Assembly: GCA_002389765.1 (NCBI GenBank)
Contig: DGQM01000010.1
Location: 10,160-74,159, forward strand
Direction: 5' to 3'
From: Bacteroidetes bacterium UBA4414
Lineage (GTDB): Bacteria; Bacteroidota; Bacteroidia; Chitinophagales; Chitinophagaceae
Length of the DNA stretch: 64,000 bases
The notes under the pieces were generated by a model. It saw only the letters and a list, made by a program, of their open reading frames with translations. It was not told the DNA's origin and searched no databases. Position 1 is the first letter of the stretch. The number at the start of each line of letters is the position of its first letter. This document shows positions 19,890 to 29,076 of the stretch, in pieces. A program made the position numbers and the translations under genes.

Positions 19890-20843
19890 ATGAAGTTTTC
19901 TAAAGAAGCAAGAATAGGACTTTTAGTCGCCATAGCACTGTTTATATTTTTAGCCGGGTTTTATTTTCTGAAAGGAGCTAATCTCTTCTCCGGAGAAATG
20001 GAATACTATGCCTATTTCGATGACGTACAGGGGCTGCAGACATCTTCTGCTGTGCAGGTAAAAGGCCTGTCTGTAGGTAGGGTAGTAAGCATTGCGCTTA
20101 ATAAAGAAGATGGCAGGGTAAAAGTAGTGCTTGCGGTAAACCAGAAGATAAAAGTAACAGAAGGTTCGTCTGTAAAACTGGCATCTGCCGATTTGTTGGG
20201 TACTAAAGTTTTGAAACTGGATGTTGCTAAAGGAGATAAGGAACTGGCAGAGGAATCTGTATTGCCTGCTGTGGTAGAGGGTAGCCTGATAGATAATCTT
20301 TCCGGTGAAATAGCACCATTGGTAACAGACATACGCCATGTAGTATCTACGCTTGATACTGTATTACTGGGTGTAAACAATATGCTGAACCCGGAAACGC
20401 GTCAGCACCTTTCAAACAGCGTAGCATCTTTAGATGTGACGCTGAAAAATTTCTCTTCCCTGTCAGAAAAACTGAATAGCGAAAGCAATCAACTGGCATC
20501 CGTTATCCGCAATGCAAACAGCATTACAACCAATCTTGCCAACAGCAATCAGCAGATAACCAATATCATGAAGAATGCTGATAACATTAGTGGGCAGCTG
20601 GCAAATGCACCTATCGAAACAACAGTAAAAGACCTGCAGTCTACCATCAAACAGTTGAATGGTATCATGACGAAGATTAACAACAACGAAGGTTCGCTGG
20701 GTATGTTGGTAAATGATAAAGCATTGCACGATAATCTGTCAGAGTCGCTGAAAACACTGAATGCGCTGATGGCAGATATCAATGCACATCCATCGCGCTA
20801 CATCAACGTTACCATCTTTGGCAGAAAAAACAAGAACAAGTAA
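19890..20843 (+). CDS. MlaD/MCE-domain protein
   Basis: N-terminal TM helix (IGLLVAIALFIFLAGFYFL). MCE core (YAYFDDVQGLQTSSAVQVKGLSVGRVVSI). Long Asn/Ser/Leu-rich helical C-terminus. ATG at 19890 is preferred, because the 19788 start would include the upstream terminator. Confidence 0.7.
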   Translation: MKFSKEARIGLLVAIALFIFLAGFYFLKGANLFSGEMEYYAYFDDVQGLQTSSAVQVKGLSVGRVVSIALNKEDGRVKVVLAVNQKIKVTEGSSVKLASADLLGTKVLKLDVAKGDKELAEESVLPAVVEGSLIDNLSGEIAPLVTDIRHVVSTLDTVLLGVNNMLNPETRQHLSNSVASLDVTLKNFSSLSEKLNSESNQLASVIRNANSITTNLANSNQQITNIMKNADNISGQLANAPIETTVKDLQSTIKQLNGIMTKINNNEGSLGMLVNDKALHDNLSESLKTLNALMADINAHPSRYINVTIFGRKNKNK

Positions 20844-22490
20844 TTGGTGCCGCAATATTCTAAAAGACTACATAGTAAATCGTTGTTGAAAGCACTGCTT
20901 TCAATTATTTTCTTATGTGCGGTAGTAGTACCTGCATTTGCGCAAAAAAAAGCAGACTCTACAACAAAGGTTGAGATTGTAAGCGCACGTTCTCTGGTAC
21001 ACGTAACTACAGATAGTGGTGAAATTGATAAGCTGATAGATACCGTTGTAGTAAAACAGGGCGAGACCTTTATGTATTGCGATAGTGCCTACTTCAGCCT
21101 TGCAAAAAATACGATGGAGGCTTTTGGTAATGTGCGAGTGATACAGCCAGGCAGCGAAGCCCAAAGTGACTATATGCGCTACGTAGGCAATCAGAAGACA
21201 GGTTTTATGAAAGGCAATGTGATGCTCTCGGACGGGCGCAGCCACCTATGGTCTGAAGACCTTACATACAATACAGGTACCAAAATAGGTGTTTATACAC
21301 AAGGGGGTACATTGCAGGATAGCACCACAACATTATCAAGTAATGCAGGCTCCTACAATACCAAAACAAAAGATGCCCGCTTTACAGGAGAGGTAATCGT
21401 TACCGACCCGCAGTATAATATTGTTTCAGACGATATGGGGTATAATACAGAGTCGAAAGTGGTAACATTCTTTGCGCCATCTGTAGTAACCAGCGATAGC
21501 TCTGTACTTACCACCAGTTGCGGTAGCTACGATACTAAAAACGAAATAGCACATTTTAAATGCCGTTCTTCTATCCTTAATAGCGAGCAGTACATAGAAG
21601 CAGATACCATCGACCATAATCGTAAAACAGGTGTAGGTTTTGCCAAAGGCAACGTGATTGCTTTAGATACGGCACAGCATACAACACTCTACTGTGGCAG
21701 GGGCGATTTTAATGAGAAGAAGAAAACAATGCTGGCTTCTATAAAGCCCGTACTGAAACAGGTGAACAATAAGGACAGCCTCTACATTCGTGCAGATACT
21801 TTCTATTCTTTCCCTGCTGGCAAGAAAATAGACTCTTCAAAACAGAAAGTAATAGCTAAAGGAAAGAAGAAACAAAAGCAGGTAGTAGCAGAAGATACTA
21901 CATCTGTAAACAGTAAAGCACCGCGTTGTTTTATCGGCTTTCACCACGTGCTGATATTCTCAGACTCTATGCAGGGCAAGTGCGATAGCATCAGCTATAC
22001 GCAGGCAGACTCTACCATGCGCTTGATGTACGACCCGATAGTATGGTCGCGCAAAAGCCAGATAACGGGAGATACAATAACCATGCTGCTGGATAGCAGC
22101 AAAGTGCGCCAGATATATGTTCCGAACAATGCATTTATGGTTTCGCAATCCGGGCCCGATAAAGCACAGCTATACGATCAGGTACAGGGCAAAACCATGA
22201 CAGGCTATTTTAAAGATGGGCAGGTAGATTATATGTTGGTGAAACCCGATGCACAAACCATCTACTATGGCAAGGATGATAATGGTGCTTATATAGGGGT
22301 GAATGAAGTGACGGCTACCAGAATGAGGGTTTATTTCAAAGAAGAAGGATTGCATAAAGTAACCTACGAGCAGGACGTGAAAAGCAAGCTAACACCTATG
22401 GATAAAGCCGACCTGCCCAATATGAAACTCAAGCGTTTCAGGTGGCTGATAGACAAACGGCCTACATCAATTGAGCAACTCTTTCAGTAG
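20844..22490 (+). CDS. OstA/LptD-N-terminal-like domain protein
   Basis: Signal peptide. Repeated OstA-like beta-jellyroll style segments (ADSAYFSLAKNTMEAFGNVRVIQ, GNVMLSDG...). The TTG/GTG start abuts the MlaD stop at 20841-20843. Confidence 0.5.
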   Translation: MVPQYSKRLHSKSLLKALLSIIFLCAVVVPAFAQKKADSTTKVEIVSARSLVHVTTDSGEIDKLIDTVVVKQGETFMYCDSAYFSLAKNTMEAFGNVRVIQPGSEAQSDYMRYVGNQKTGFMKGNVMLSDGRSHLWSEDLTYNTGTKIGVYTQGGTLQDSTTTLSSNAGSYNTKTKDARFTGEVIVTDPQYNIVSDDMGYNTESKVVTFFAPSVVTSDSSVLTTSCGSYDTKNEIAHFKCRSSILNSEQYIEADTIDHNRKTGVGFAKGNVIALDTAQHTTLYCGRGDFNEKKKTMLASIKPVLKQVNNKDSLYIRADTFYSFPAGKKIDSSKQKVIAKGKKKQKQVVAEDTTSVNSKAPRCFIGFHHVLIFSDSMQGKCDSISYTQADSTMRLMYDPIVWSRKSQITGDTITMLLDSSKVRQIYVPNNAFMVSQSGPDKAQLYDQVQGKTMTGYFKDGQVDYMLVKPDAQTIYYGKDDNGAYIGVNEVTATRMRVYFKEEGLHKVTYEQDVKSKLTPMDKADLPNMKLKRFRWLIDKRPTSIEQLFQ

Positions 22491-22517
22491 TAAATTTGGC
22501 AGATTTAAAAATATATT

Positions 22518-22525
22518 TACTTTTG
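22518..22525 (+). promoter_or_regulatory. Bacteroidota -7 promoter box (TAnnTTTG)
   Basis: TACTTTTG is an exact match to the TAnnTTTG consensus. It lies about 9 nt upstream of the small ORF at 22534. Confidence 0.45.
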
Positions 22526-22533
22526 CAGCCGCA

Positions 22534-22581
22534 ATGATGCACAAAATGGCACATAAGAAAGACATAAAACGCATACCATAG
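22534..22581 (+). CDS. candidate 15-aa leader peptide (MMHKMAHKKDIKRIP)
   Basis: ATG-initiated ORF between the promoter box and the terminator. It overlaps alternative RNA helices (see findings). Confidence 0.3.
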   Translation: MMHKMAHKKDIKRIP

Positions 22582-22619
22582 GGTAGGCCGATTTCTTATG
22601 TAGCTACAACATAGTTTAC

Positions 22620-22651
22620 AAAGGCTTACCCCAAAAAGGTAAGCCTTTTTT
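22620..22651 (+). terminator. intrinsic terminator 22 nt upstream of the aminotransferase start codon
   Basis: AAAGGCTTACC pairs with GGTAAGCCTTT around a 7-nt loop, with the T-run ending at 22651. Confidence 0.75.
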
Positions 22652-22673
22652 AATACGCATAAACAACAACAAC

Positions 22674-23939
22674 ATGAGTAAGCTTAGCCGTCTGGCGGAA
22701 ACATTGATAGGCTCTGAAATAGTGCGCCTGGGTAATGAAATTGCGGTACGTGTGAACCGTGGAGAGAAAATTTACAACTACACTATCGGCGATTTCGATC
22801 CGCAGATATTTCCTATTCCGCAAGAGCTGGAAGACGCCATTGTTTATGCGTATCGTAACAAGCAAACAAATTACCCTCCGGGCGATGGCGTGTTGGAGTT
22901 GAGACAAGCTGTTGCTTCTTTCATCAAAGACAGGGAAGGCATAGAATATGCTGCCAACGAGGTGTTGATAGCAGGCGGTGGCCGCCCGCTGATATATTCT
23001 GTATTTCGCGCTATTGTAGATGCAGGGGATAAGGTAATATATGCTGTACCGTCTTGGAATAACAACCACTACACGCACATGAACGATGGTGAGCATTGTG
23101 TAATAGAAACAACGGTAGAAAACGACTTCATGCCAACGGCTGCAGATATAGAGCCACATATAAAAGGTGCTGCGTTGCTGTGTCTGTGCACGCCGCAAAA
23201 CCCTACAGGTACTACATTGGCTAAAGCCGAACTGGAAAAGATATGTGACCTGGTACTGGCAGAAAATGCCAGCCGTGGTGCTGATGAAAAGAAACTGTAC
23301 GTGATGTTCGACCAGATGTATTTTACCCTTACATACGGCGAAACGCAACACTACAACCCGGTATCGCTTCGCCCTGAAATGAAGCAATACACCGTGTTTG
23401 TAGATGGTATATCAAAAGCATTTGCTGCAACGGGTGTGCGTTTGGGTTGGTCTTTAGGTCCTGCGCATTTGATAGGTAAAATGAAAGCCCTGCTGAGCCA
23501 CATAGGCGCATGGGCACCAATGGCAGAACAAAAAGCTACAGCTAAATACCTGTTGCAGAAAGATGCGGTACAGACCTATCTTACTTCTTTCAAGAAAGAA
23601 CTGGAAGACAGGTTGTGGGCTATCTACAATGGCTTCAAAGCATTGCAGGAAAAAGGTTACCCTGTAGATGCTGTAGCACCGCAGGCAGCTATTTATCTTA
23701 CCATCAAGATAGATTTGAAAGGTATGCAGGCAGGTGATAAGCAACTGGAAACACAGGCAGATGTTACGGAGTACTTGCTTAGCGAGGCAAAGCTGGCTAT
23801 TGTGCCATTCTATGCTTTTGGCGCAGACCGTACATCGCCTTGGTACAGGCTTAGCATAGGCACATGCAAGAAAGAAGAAATCAGCGAAATGCTGGGTATG
23901 CTGGAAGCAGCCTTGCAAAAGCTGATGGTGCTTAGCTAA
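22674..23939 (+). CDS. class I/II PLP-dependent aminotransferase (aspartate aminotransferase-like)
   Basis: Typical fold-type I pattern with the PLP-Lys in ISKAFAATGVRLGW and NPTGT upstream. Confidence 0.8.
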   Translation: MSKLSRLAETLIGSEIVRLGNEIAVRVNRGEKIYNYTIGDFDPQIFPIPQELEDAIVYAYRNKQTNYPPGDGVLELRQAVASFIKDREGIEYAANEVLIAGGGRPLIYSVFRAIVDAGDKVIYAVPSWNNNHYTHMNDGEHCVIETTVENDFMPTAADIEPHIKGAALLCLCTPQNPTGTTLAKAELEKICDLVLAENASRGADEKKLYVMFDQMYFTLTYGETQHYNPVSLRPEMKQYTVFVDGISKAFAATGVRLGWSLGPAHLIGKMKALLSHIGAWAPMAEQKATAKYLLQKDAVQTYLTSFKKELEDRLWAIYNGFKALQEKGYPVDAVAPQAAIYLTIKIDLKGMQAGDKQLETQADVTEYLLSEAKLAIVPFYAFGADRTSPWYRLSIGTCKKEEISEMLGMLEAALQKLMVLS

Positions 23940-23984
23940 TAAGGGTGTTTTTAGTTTTTACTTTTAATTTTTTACTTAGATAAA

Positions 23985-25250
23985 ATGCAGGTTTACAAAT
24001 TTGGTGGCGCTTCTATAGCAAGCCCTGAAAGAATGACGGCCTTGTTGCCGATTATTAAAGATGCAGATCATCCCATCATCATGGTGGTATCTGCCTATGG
24101 TAAAACAACCAATGCGCTGGAAGCAATCGTTACCAACGCCTGCAAGGGTAAGAAACAGGAAGCACAGGATTTGCTGAAAGCATTGGAACAAGCCCACCTT
24201 GATTACTGTAAAGGTTTGCTGAATGATGAGTATTATGCACAGGCGGTAAAAGCACTGAATGTATTTTTTACAGAACTGCAATGGGCTGTAGATGATGCTA
24301 CCGCTGATAAATACGATTATTCTTACGACCAGATAGTGTGTATGGGCGAACTGCTCTCAACTCGCATCTTCGGCTTCTATCTGCAACAGTGCGGATTGCC
24401 TTTTGAATGGGCAGATGTGCGCGATGTAATTCGTACGGACGATACCTACCGCGATGCGCGTGTAGATTGGGATTTCTCCAAGGCGAAAGCCGTAGAATTA
24501 TTTTCCCCGCTATTGAGTGCAGGCAAAAGCATCATCACACAAGGTTTCATTGGTGCTACTGCAGATAATGCTTCTGTAACACTCGGCCGCGAAGGCTCGG
24601 ACTATACAGCCGCTATGCTGGCTGCCATGTTAGGTGCAAACGGTGTTACTATCTGGAAAGATGTGGAAGGCTTGCAAAACGCAGACCCTAAGCTGTTCCC
24701 TAATACAGTAAAGATTGAAGCGATTACTTATCACGAAGTGATTGAGATGGCCTACTATGGTGCGCAGGTTATTCACCCTAAAACCATCAAGCCATTGCAA
24801 AACAACAATATACCGTTGTATGTAAAATGCTTCCTTGATAAAGATTTGAAAGGTACTGTGATACAGAACGAAGTGAACAGCATCTTTTATCCACCACTAA
24901 TAGTATTGAAGAAAGACCAGGTATTGCTGCAGGTAACTTCTAAAGATTTCTCTTTTGTAACAGAAGATAACCTGAGTGAACTGTACAGCATCCTGCACGA
25001 TTTGAAGATAAAAGTAAACCTGATACAGAATGCTGCCATCAGCTTTGTAGCATGTATAGATAACAAAGAGGAAAACGTGAAGAAGCTGGTAGATGTGCTA
25101 AGCAAAAACTATAAAGTACTCCGCAACGATGATGTGAGCCTGCTCACCATCCGCCACTACACACCGGAAATTGTATTTGAACTGACCAAAGGACGCTACA
25201 CACTCCTGGAGCAAAAAACAAGACACACCGTACAGGTGGTTATGAAATAG
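23985..25250 (+). CDS. aspartate kinase (monofunctional)
   Basis: N-terminus MQVYKFGGASI, a GREGSDYTAA motif, and a C-terminal ACT-like region. Confidence 0.85.
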   Translation: MQVYKFGGASIASPERMTALLPIIKDADHPIIMVVSAYGKTTNALEAIVTNACKGKKQEAQDLLKALEQAHLDYCKGLLNDEYYAQAVKALNVFFTELQWAVDDATADKYDYSYDQIVCMGELLSTRIFGFYLQQCGLPFEWADVRDVIRTDDTYRDARVDWDFSKAKAVELFSPLLSAGKSIITQGFIGATADNASVTLGREGSDYTAAMLAAMLGANGVTIWKDVEGLQNADPKLFPNTVKIEAITYHEVIEMAYYGAQVIHPKTIKPLQNNNIPLYVKCFLDKDLKGTVIQNEVNSIFYPPLIVLKKDQVLLQVTSKDFSFVTEDNLSELYSILHDLKIKVNLIQNAAISFVACIDNKEENVKKLVDVLSKNYKVLRNDDVSLLTIRHYTPEIVFELTKGRYTLLEQKTRHTVQVVMK

Positions 25251-25258
25251 TTGATTTG

Positions 25259-25298
25259 TTGACTGGTTGATTTGTTATTTGTCTAATCAACCAGTCAA
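25259..25298. terminator. bidirectional hairpin between the aspartate kinase and hscA-like genes
   Basis: TTGACTGGTTGATT (25259-25272) pairs perfectly with AATCAACCAGTCAA (25285-25298) around a 12-nt loop. Confidence 0.7.
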
Positions 25299-25314
25299 CT
25301 ATCCAACCAATCAA

Positions 25315-27174
25315 CTAAAGAATCTTCTTCCCTTTCATCGCATCTTTCAGTGCGGCGTCCATTACGCGTTCTGCAAATGGTCTGCTCACATCATTCAGTT
25401 GCTCTGTTTCTTTCTGCACGAGGTCTTTGTTCTTGGCAGCAATTGCATCGCGCAGCTGCTGCATGTGTGTTTGCGTAGTTGCTATTTCTTCTTCCGTCAG
25501 CAATTCATGATGCTTGGCAATAAACTTCTCAGTCGTTTCCAGCATCTGTTCTGCTTCTGTTGTTGCTTCTACCAGTGCGCGTGTTTGTATATCTTCTTTG
25601 GCGTGCGTCAGCGAGTCCATCAGCATTTGCTCTACCTGCTCATCTGTGAGGCCATACTGTGGTTTTACCTCAACACTTGTTTCTACACCACTGCGTAGTT
25701 CCTTAGCAGTCACTTTCAGTATGCCATCTGCATCTATCAGGAAGTTCACTTCTACCTTCGGCAATCCTGCTGGCATAGCCGGTATCCCCGTCAGGTTAAA
25801 CTCTGCCAGTTTGCGATTATCCTTTACAAGGTCACGCTCTCCCTGAAATACAGATATACGCATACCGCTTTGTCCGTCTTTGTGGGTAGTATATTGGCGG
25901 CCTGCACGTACAGGTATTTTAGAATTGCGTGGTATCAAGACATCCATCAGCCCACCCATTGTTTCAATGCCCAGGCTTAGTGGTGTAATATCCAGCAGCA
26001 GCATGTCAGTATTATTACCAGCCAGTATATCTGCCTGTACAGCAGCACCAAGTGCTACTACCTCGTCAGGGTTCAGATTGTCAAATACTTCTTTGCCAAA
26101 GAATCGGCTCACGCTTTCTTTTACCAATGGTACACGTGTACTGCCACCCACCATTACAACTGCATCTATGGCGCTTGTTTGCAATCCTGCGTCGCGCATA
26201 GCGTTCTGGCAGCATGTTATGGTACGGTCTATCAGTGGTAGTATCAGCTCGTTGAAGGCAGCTTTGGAGATGCTCACTTGCTCGCCCGCTACAGTTCCTT
26301 CAAAGCTATCGTTATTGCTCAGGTGTTTCTTCGCCTCTTCAGCCGTCAGCCTCAATTCCTGCGCCAGCGATTTGTGTTGTTGCAGTTCTTCATTGCTGAT
26401 GCTCAATGTCCCTTGCCAGTGTTGTGCCAGTGCGCGGTCCATATCATCACCCCCAAGATAGGTATCACCATTGGTAGATAGTACTTCAAATATGCCGTTG
26501 GTAATCTTTAGTACAGATATATCAAACGTACCACCGCCAAGGTCGTACACCGCAATTGTCTTTTCTTCATCAGGGCTCACACCCAGTCCGTATGCAAGGC
26601 TAGCTGCGGTAGGCTCGTTTACGATGCGCAATACATCCAATCCTGCCAGCCTGCCTGCATCACGCGTAGCCTGCCTTTGTGCATCGTTAAAGTATGCGGG
26701 TACTGTTATCACCGCTTTGTTTACCGGCGTTTTCAGAATATGCTCTGCACGTTGTTTCAGTTCTTTCAGTATAAAAGATGAAAGCTCTATCGGCGAATAA
26801 AACTTATCGCCCACCTGCACCTTCACCAAAGACTCTGTATCGTCATCTATCACTTTGTAGGCAAAAAAGCCTGCATGGTCGCTGATGTCTTTGTAAGATT
26901 TACCCATCAGGCGTTTGGCACTGTATATGGTACGGTGTGGTTCTGCAATCAGTTTTTCTCTGGCGGGGTTGCCCACCGTTGCACCACCATATTCGTCAAA
27001 GTGTACAATAGATGGTACCAGTGTCAGCCCGTCAATCTCACGTAGTGCCAGTGGTTGGCGGGTATCTTCGCGCACAATGGCTATCAGGCTGTTAGTTGTG
27101 CCAAGGTCTATTCCTACAATTGTTTCCTTTTGTTGCAGGCTGCCTGTGGCTATATTGATGGCTACTTTGCCCAT
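25315..27174 (-). CDS. hscA: Hsp70-family chaperone, HscA-like
   Basis: Hsp70 ATPase motifs ([22 protein letters not shown]). The N-terminal extension and C-terminal tail ([19 protein letters not shown]) resemble HscA rather than DnaK. ATG at 27174 is preferred to 27207. Confidence 0.7.
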   Translation of the reverse strand: MGKVAINIATGSLQQKETIVGIDLGTTNSLIAIVREDTRQPLALREIDGLTLVPSIVHFDEYGGATVGNPAREKLIAEPHRTIYSAKRLMGKSYKDISDHAGFFAYKVIDDDTESLVKVQVGDKFYSPIELSSFILKELKQRAEHILKTPVNKAVITVPAYFNDAQRQATRDAGRLAGLDVLRIVNEPTAASLAYGLGVSPDEEKTIAVYDLGGGTFDISVLKITNGIFEVLSTNGDTYLGGDDMDRALAQHWQGTLSISNEELQQHKSLAQELRLTAEEAKKHLSNNDSFEGTVAGEQVSISKAAFNELILPLIDRTITCCQNAMRDAGLQTSAIDAVVMVGGSTRVPLVKESVSRFFGKEVFDNLNPDEVVALGAAVQADILAGNNTDMLLLDITPLSLGIETMGGLMDVLIPRNSKIPVRAGRQYTTHKDGQSGMRISVFQGERDLVKDNRKLAEFNLTGIPAMPAGLPKVEVNFLIDADGILKVTAKELRSGVETSVEVKPQYGLTDEQVEQMLMDSLTHAKEDIQTRALVEATTEAEQMLETTEKFIAKHHELLTEEEIATTQTHMQQLRDAIAAKNKDLVQKETEQLNDVSRPFAERVMDAALKDAMKGKKIL

Positions 27175-27325
27175 ATTTCTAATTTTCGAGGCACAAAGGT
27201 AGCGCATGCAGCGCAGTTCTTCAGCTATTATTACCTATCAGCCAATAAAGGGTATAATATTCCTGTAACTTTCACGTTTCTTAAACGATTCAATAGATAT
27301 ATTTGAATCATTGTACTGCAAAACT

Positions 27326-27829
27326 ATGCGTCCCTTAGCATACATATCTGCCTTATTGCTGGTTACAGGCCTTGCATCCTGTAGCTGGAACAACCGCGAG
27401 GAAGCCATCAAACTATGCAACAGCCTTACGCGTGTCAACGACTCGCTGAATGTAATGGGCAAAGACTGGATGGATGAGTTCAAACCTGCGGTGAATACTA
27501 AGGATTTCACCTATCTGCAGCCTAAAAGACAGCATATACAAGATTATATTACGTCGCAAACCACTTATGTAAAAGGGCTGAAAGATGTAGGAGGCTCTGA
27601 AAAACTCCGCGCATCTCTGTTGGATATACTGCAATTTGAAAACGATGTAGTGCTGCCGAAGATGAAAGAATTTGAGGCTTTCAATGGCGATACATCAGAC
27701 TCAACCCTGCAAAAAGCTTTCAACGAGCTGATAGCTACCACCAAAGAGGATATGGCAAAACACGAGGTAATGTTCAAATACCTGGATGAATACGCCGAAA
27801 AGAATGATTTTCCCAAGCCGATAGAATAA
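27326..27829 (+). CDS. hypothetical lipoprotein
   Basis: Lipobox LVTGLASC and a helical remainder. I recognise no domain. Confidence 0.55.
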   Translation: MRPLAYISALLLVTGLASCSWNNREEAIKLCNSLTRVNDSLNVMGKDWMDEFKPAVNTKDFTYLQPKRQHIQDYITSQTTYVKGLKDVGGSEKLRASLLDILQFENDVVLPKMKEFEAFNGDTSDSTLQKAFNELIATTKEDMAKHEVMFKYLDEYAEKNDFPKPIE

Positions 27830-27832
27830 TAA

Positions 27833-28885
27833 TTACTCCGGCAATACTTTAAATCTCAGTTTCAGAAACGGTTTTTCTATCAGGTAGAAAGACACAAGTG
27901 CCGCTATGGCTATCAATAGGACATTTAGCGGGAACATACTAGTAAAGCCAAGCTTGGCAGAGAAGAAAAGTTGCTGCCATATATACAGGCTGTAAGAAAG
28001 CTTACCAATATAGTCCAGCGGTTTCGAGTTCAGCGTTTTGAAAACTACGTTATTGCTGTAGTGTATCGTTATCAGGATGATAAACCCGATAGCAATATCT
28101 GCAATAGTGCCTGTGGTATTGCCAAACGGTACTATCAGCCAACCCAGATGCATATCATAATGGTGGTTGATGAGCGAGAACGCTGATAGTAGCGGGATTG
28201 CCAGAAATGGTACCCACAACCAGAAGCTGGCTTTGGCAGCCATGCGTTGCACAAATGCCAGCAGCTTATCATGATACATGGCAAACACACAACCCCACAT
28301 TATGGCATCTACCCGCTGGAATAACGTCAGGTCGTTCATCCACTCGTATTGCGTTTTTATGTACAGCATCCTTAGTGCAGGTACTATCAGTATAATGGTA
28401 ACTGCAAAATGCACCCTGTACTTCCTAGCAAACTTGAATACAAATGGCCACAAAAGGTAAAATTGCTCTTCTATAGATAGCGACCATAGGTGTCCCATTT
28501 CCCAATCGGCATGCCAGTTCAGGTATTTGGTATAGGTAAGAGCCGTAAGCCACGATTGTGCGGTAAAGTGTAGCAAGCCCATCAATTGCAATACCAGATA
28601 TAGCCCCAGCAGCGTATAGTATATGGGGAAGATGCGAAAAGAACGCTTGATGTAAAAGCTTTTGAGCGATATGGTTTGTGTCTGTGCCTCTTCCTGTAGC
28701 AGCAAGGTAGTTATCAAAAAGCCCGAAATCACGAAAAATACGTTCACCCCCAATTGTGCATCTATCAGCATTGGCCAGCGGCTATAGAAAAAATCGTTCA
28801 GGTTCTTCTGGTCAATATGCCCGATAATCACCATCAGAATGCTGATGGCACGTAGTCCGTTCAGGCTGGGGATGTGCTTTCTCAT
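27833..28885 (-). CDS. acyltransferase family 3 membrane protein
   Basis: LNGLRAISILMVIIGH N-terminal motif and about 10 hydrophobic helices. Confidence 0.8.
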   Translation of the reverse strand: MRKHIPSLNGLRAISILMVIIGHIDQKNLNDFFYSRWPMLIDAQLGVNVFFVISGFLITTLLLQEEAQTQTISLKSFYIKRSFRIFPIYYTLLGLYLVLQLMGLLHFTAQSWLTALTYTKYLNWHADWEMGHLWSLSIEEQFYLLWPFVFKFARKYRVHFAVTIILIVPALRMLYIKTQYEWMNDLTLFQRVDAIMWGCVFAMYHDKLLAFVQRMAAKASFWLWVPFLAIPLLSAFSLINHHYDMHLGWLIVPFGNTTGTIADIAIGFIILITIHYSNNVVFKTLNSKPLDYIGKLSYSLYIWQQLFFSAKLGFTSMFPLNVLLIAIAALVSFYLIEKPFLKLRFKVLPE

Positions 28886-29076
28886 TATCTGGCGGTAAAA
28901 CTAATATTTATAAGCCTTGTATGTATATGTGAAATGGTTAATGGGTTGTAAACGCTGAAATTCCCATAGCTATATTATTAATATTTTGCACTTGTAGGGT
29001 GCTTACATATTATTATTCCCCACATTGCTAACAAATGCACTGTATATCTATAATATACCCTTGACAAACGGGCGAA

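Noticed and set aside
22650-23387. 245-aa ORF antisense to the aminotransferase gene. A similar 227-aa ORF (44470-45153) lies antisense to the amidohydrolase gene.
   Set aside because: The sense-strand genes have clear family motifs. The antisense translations have no motifs and are rich in Cys, Arg and Phe, which is typical of shadow frames.
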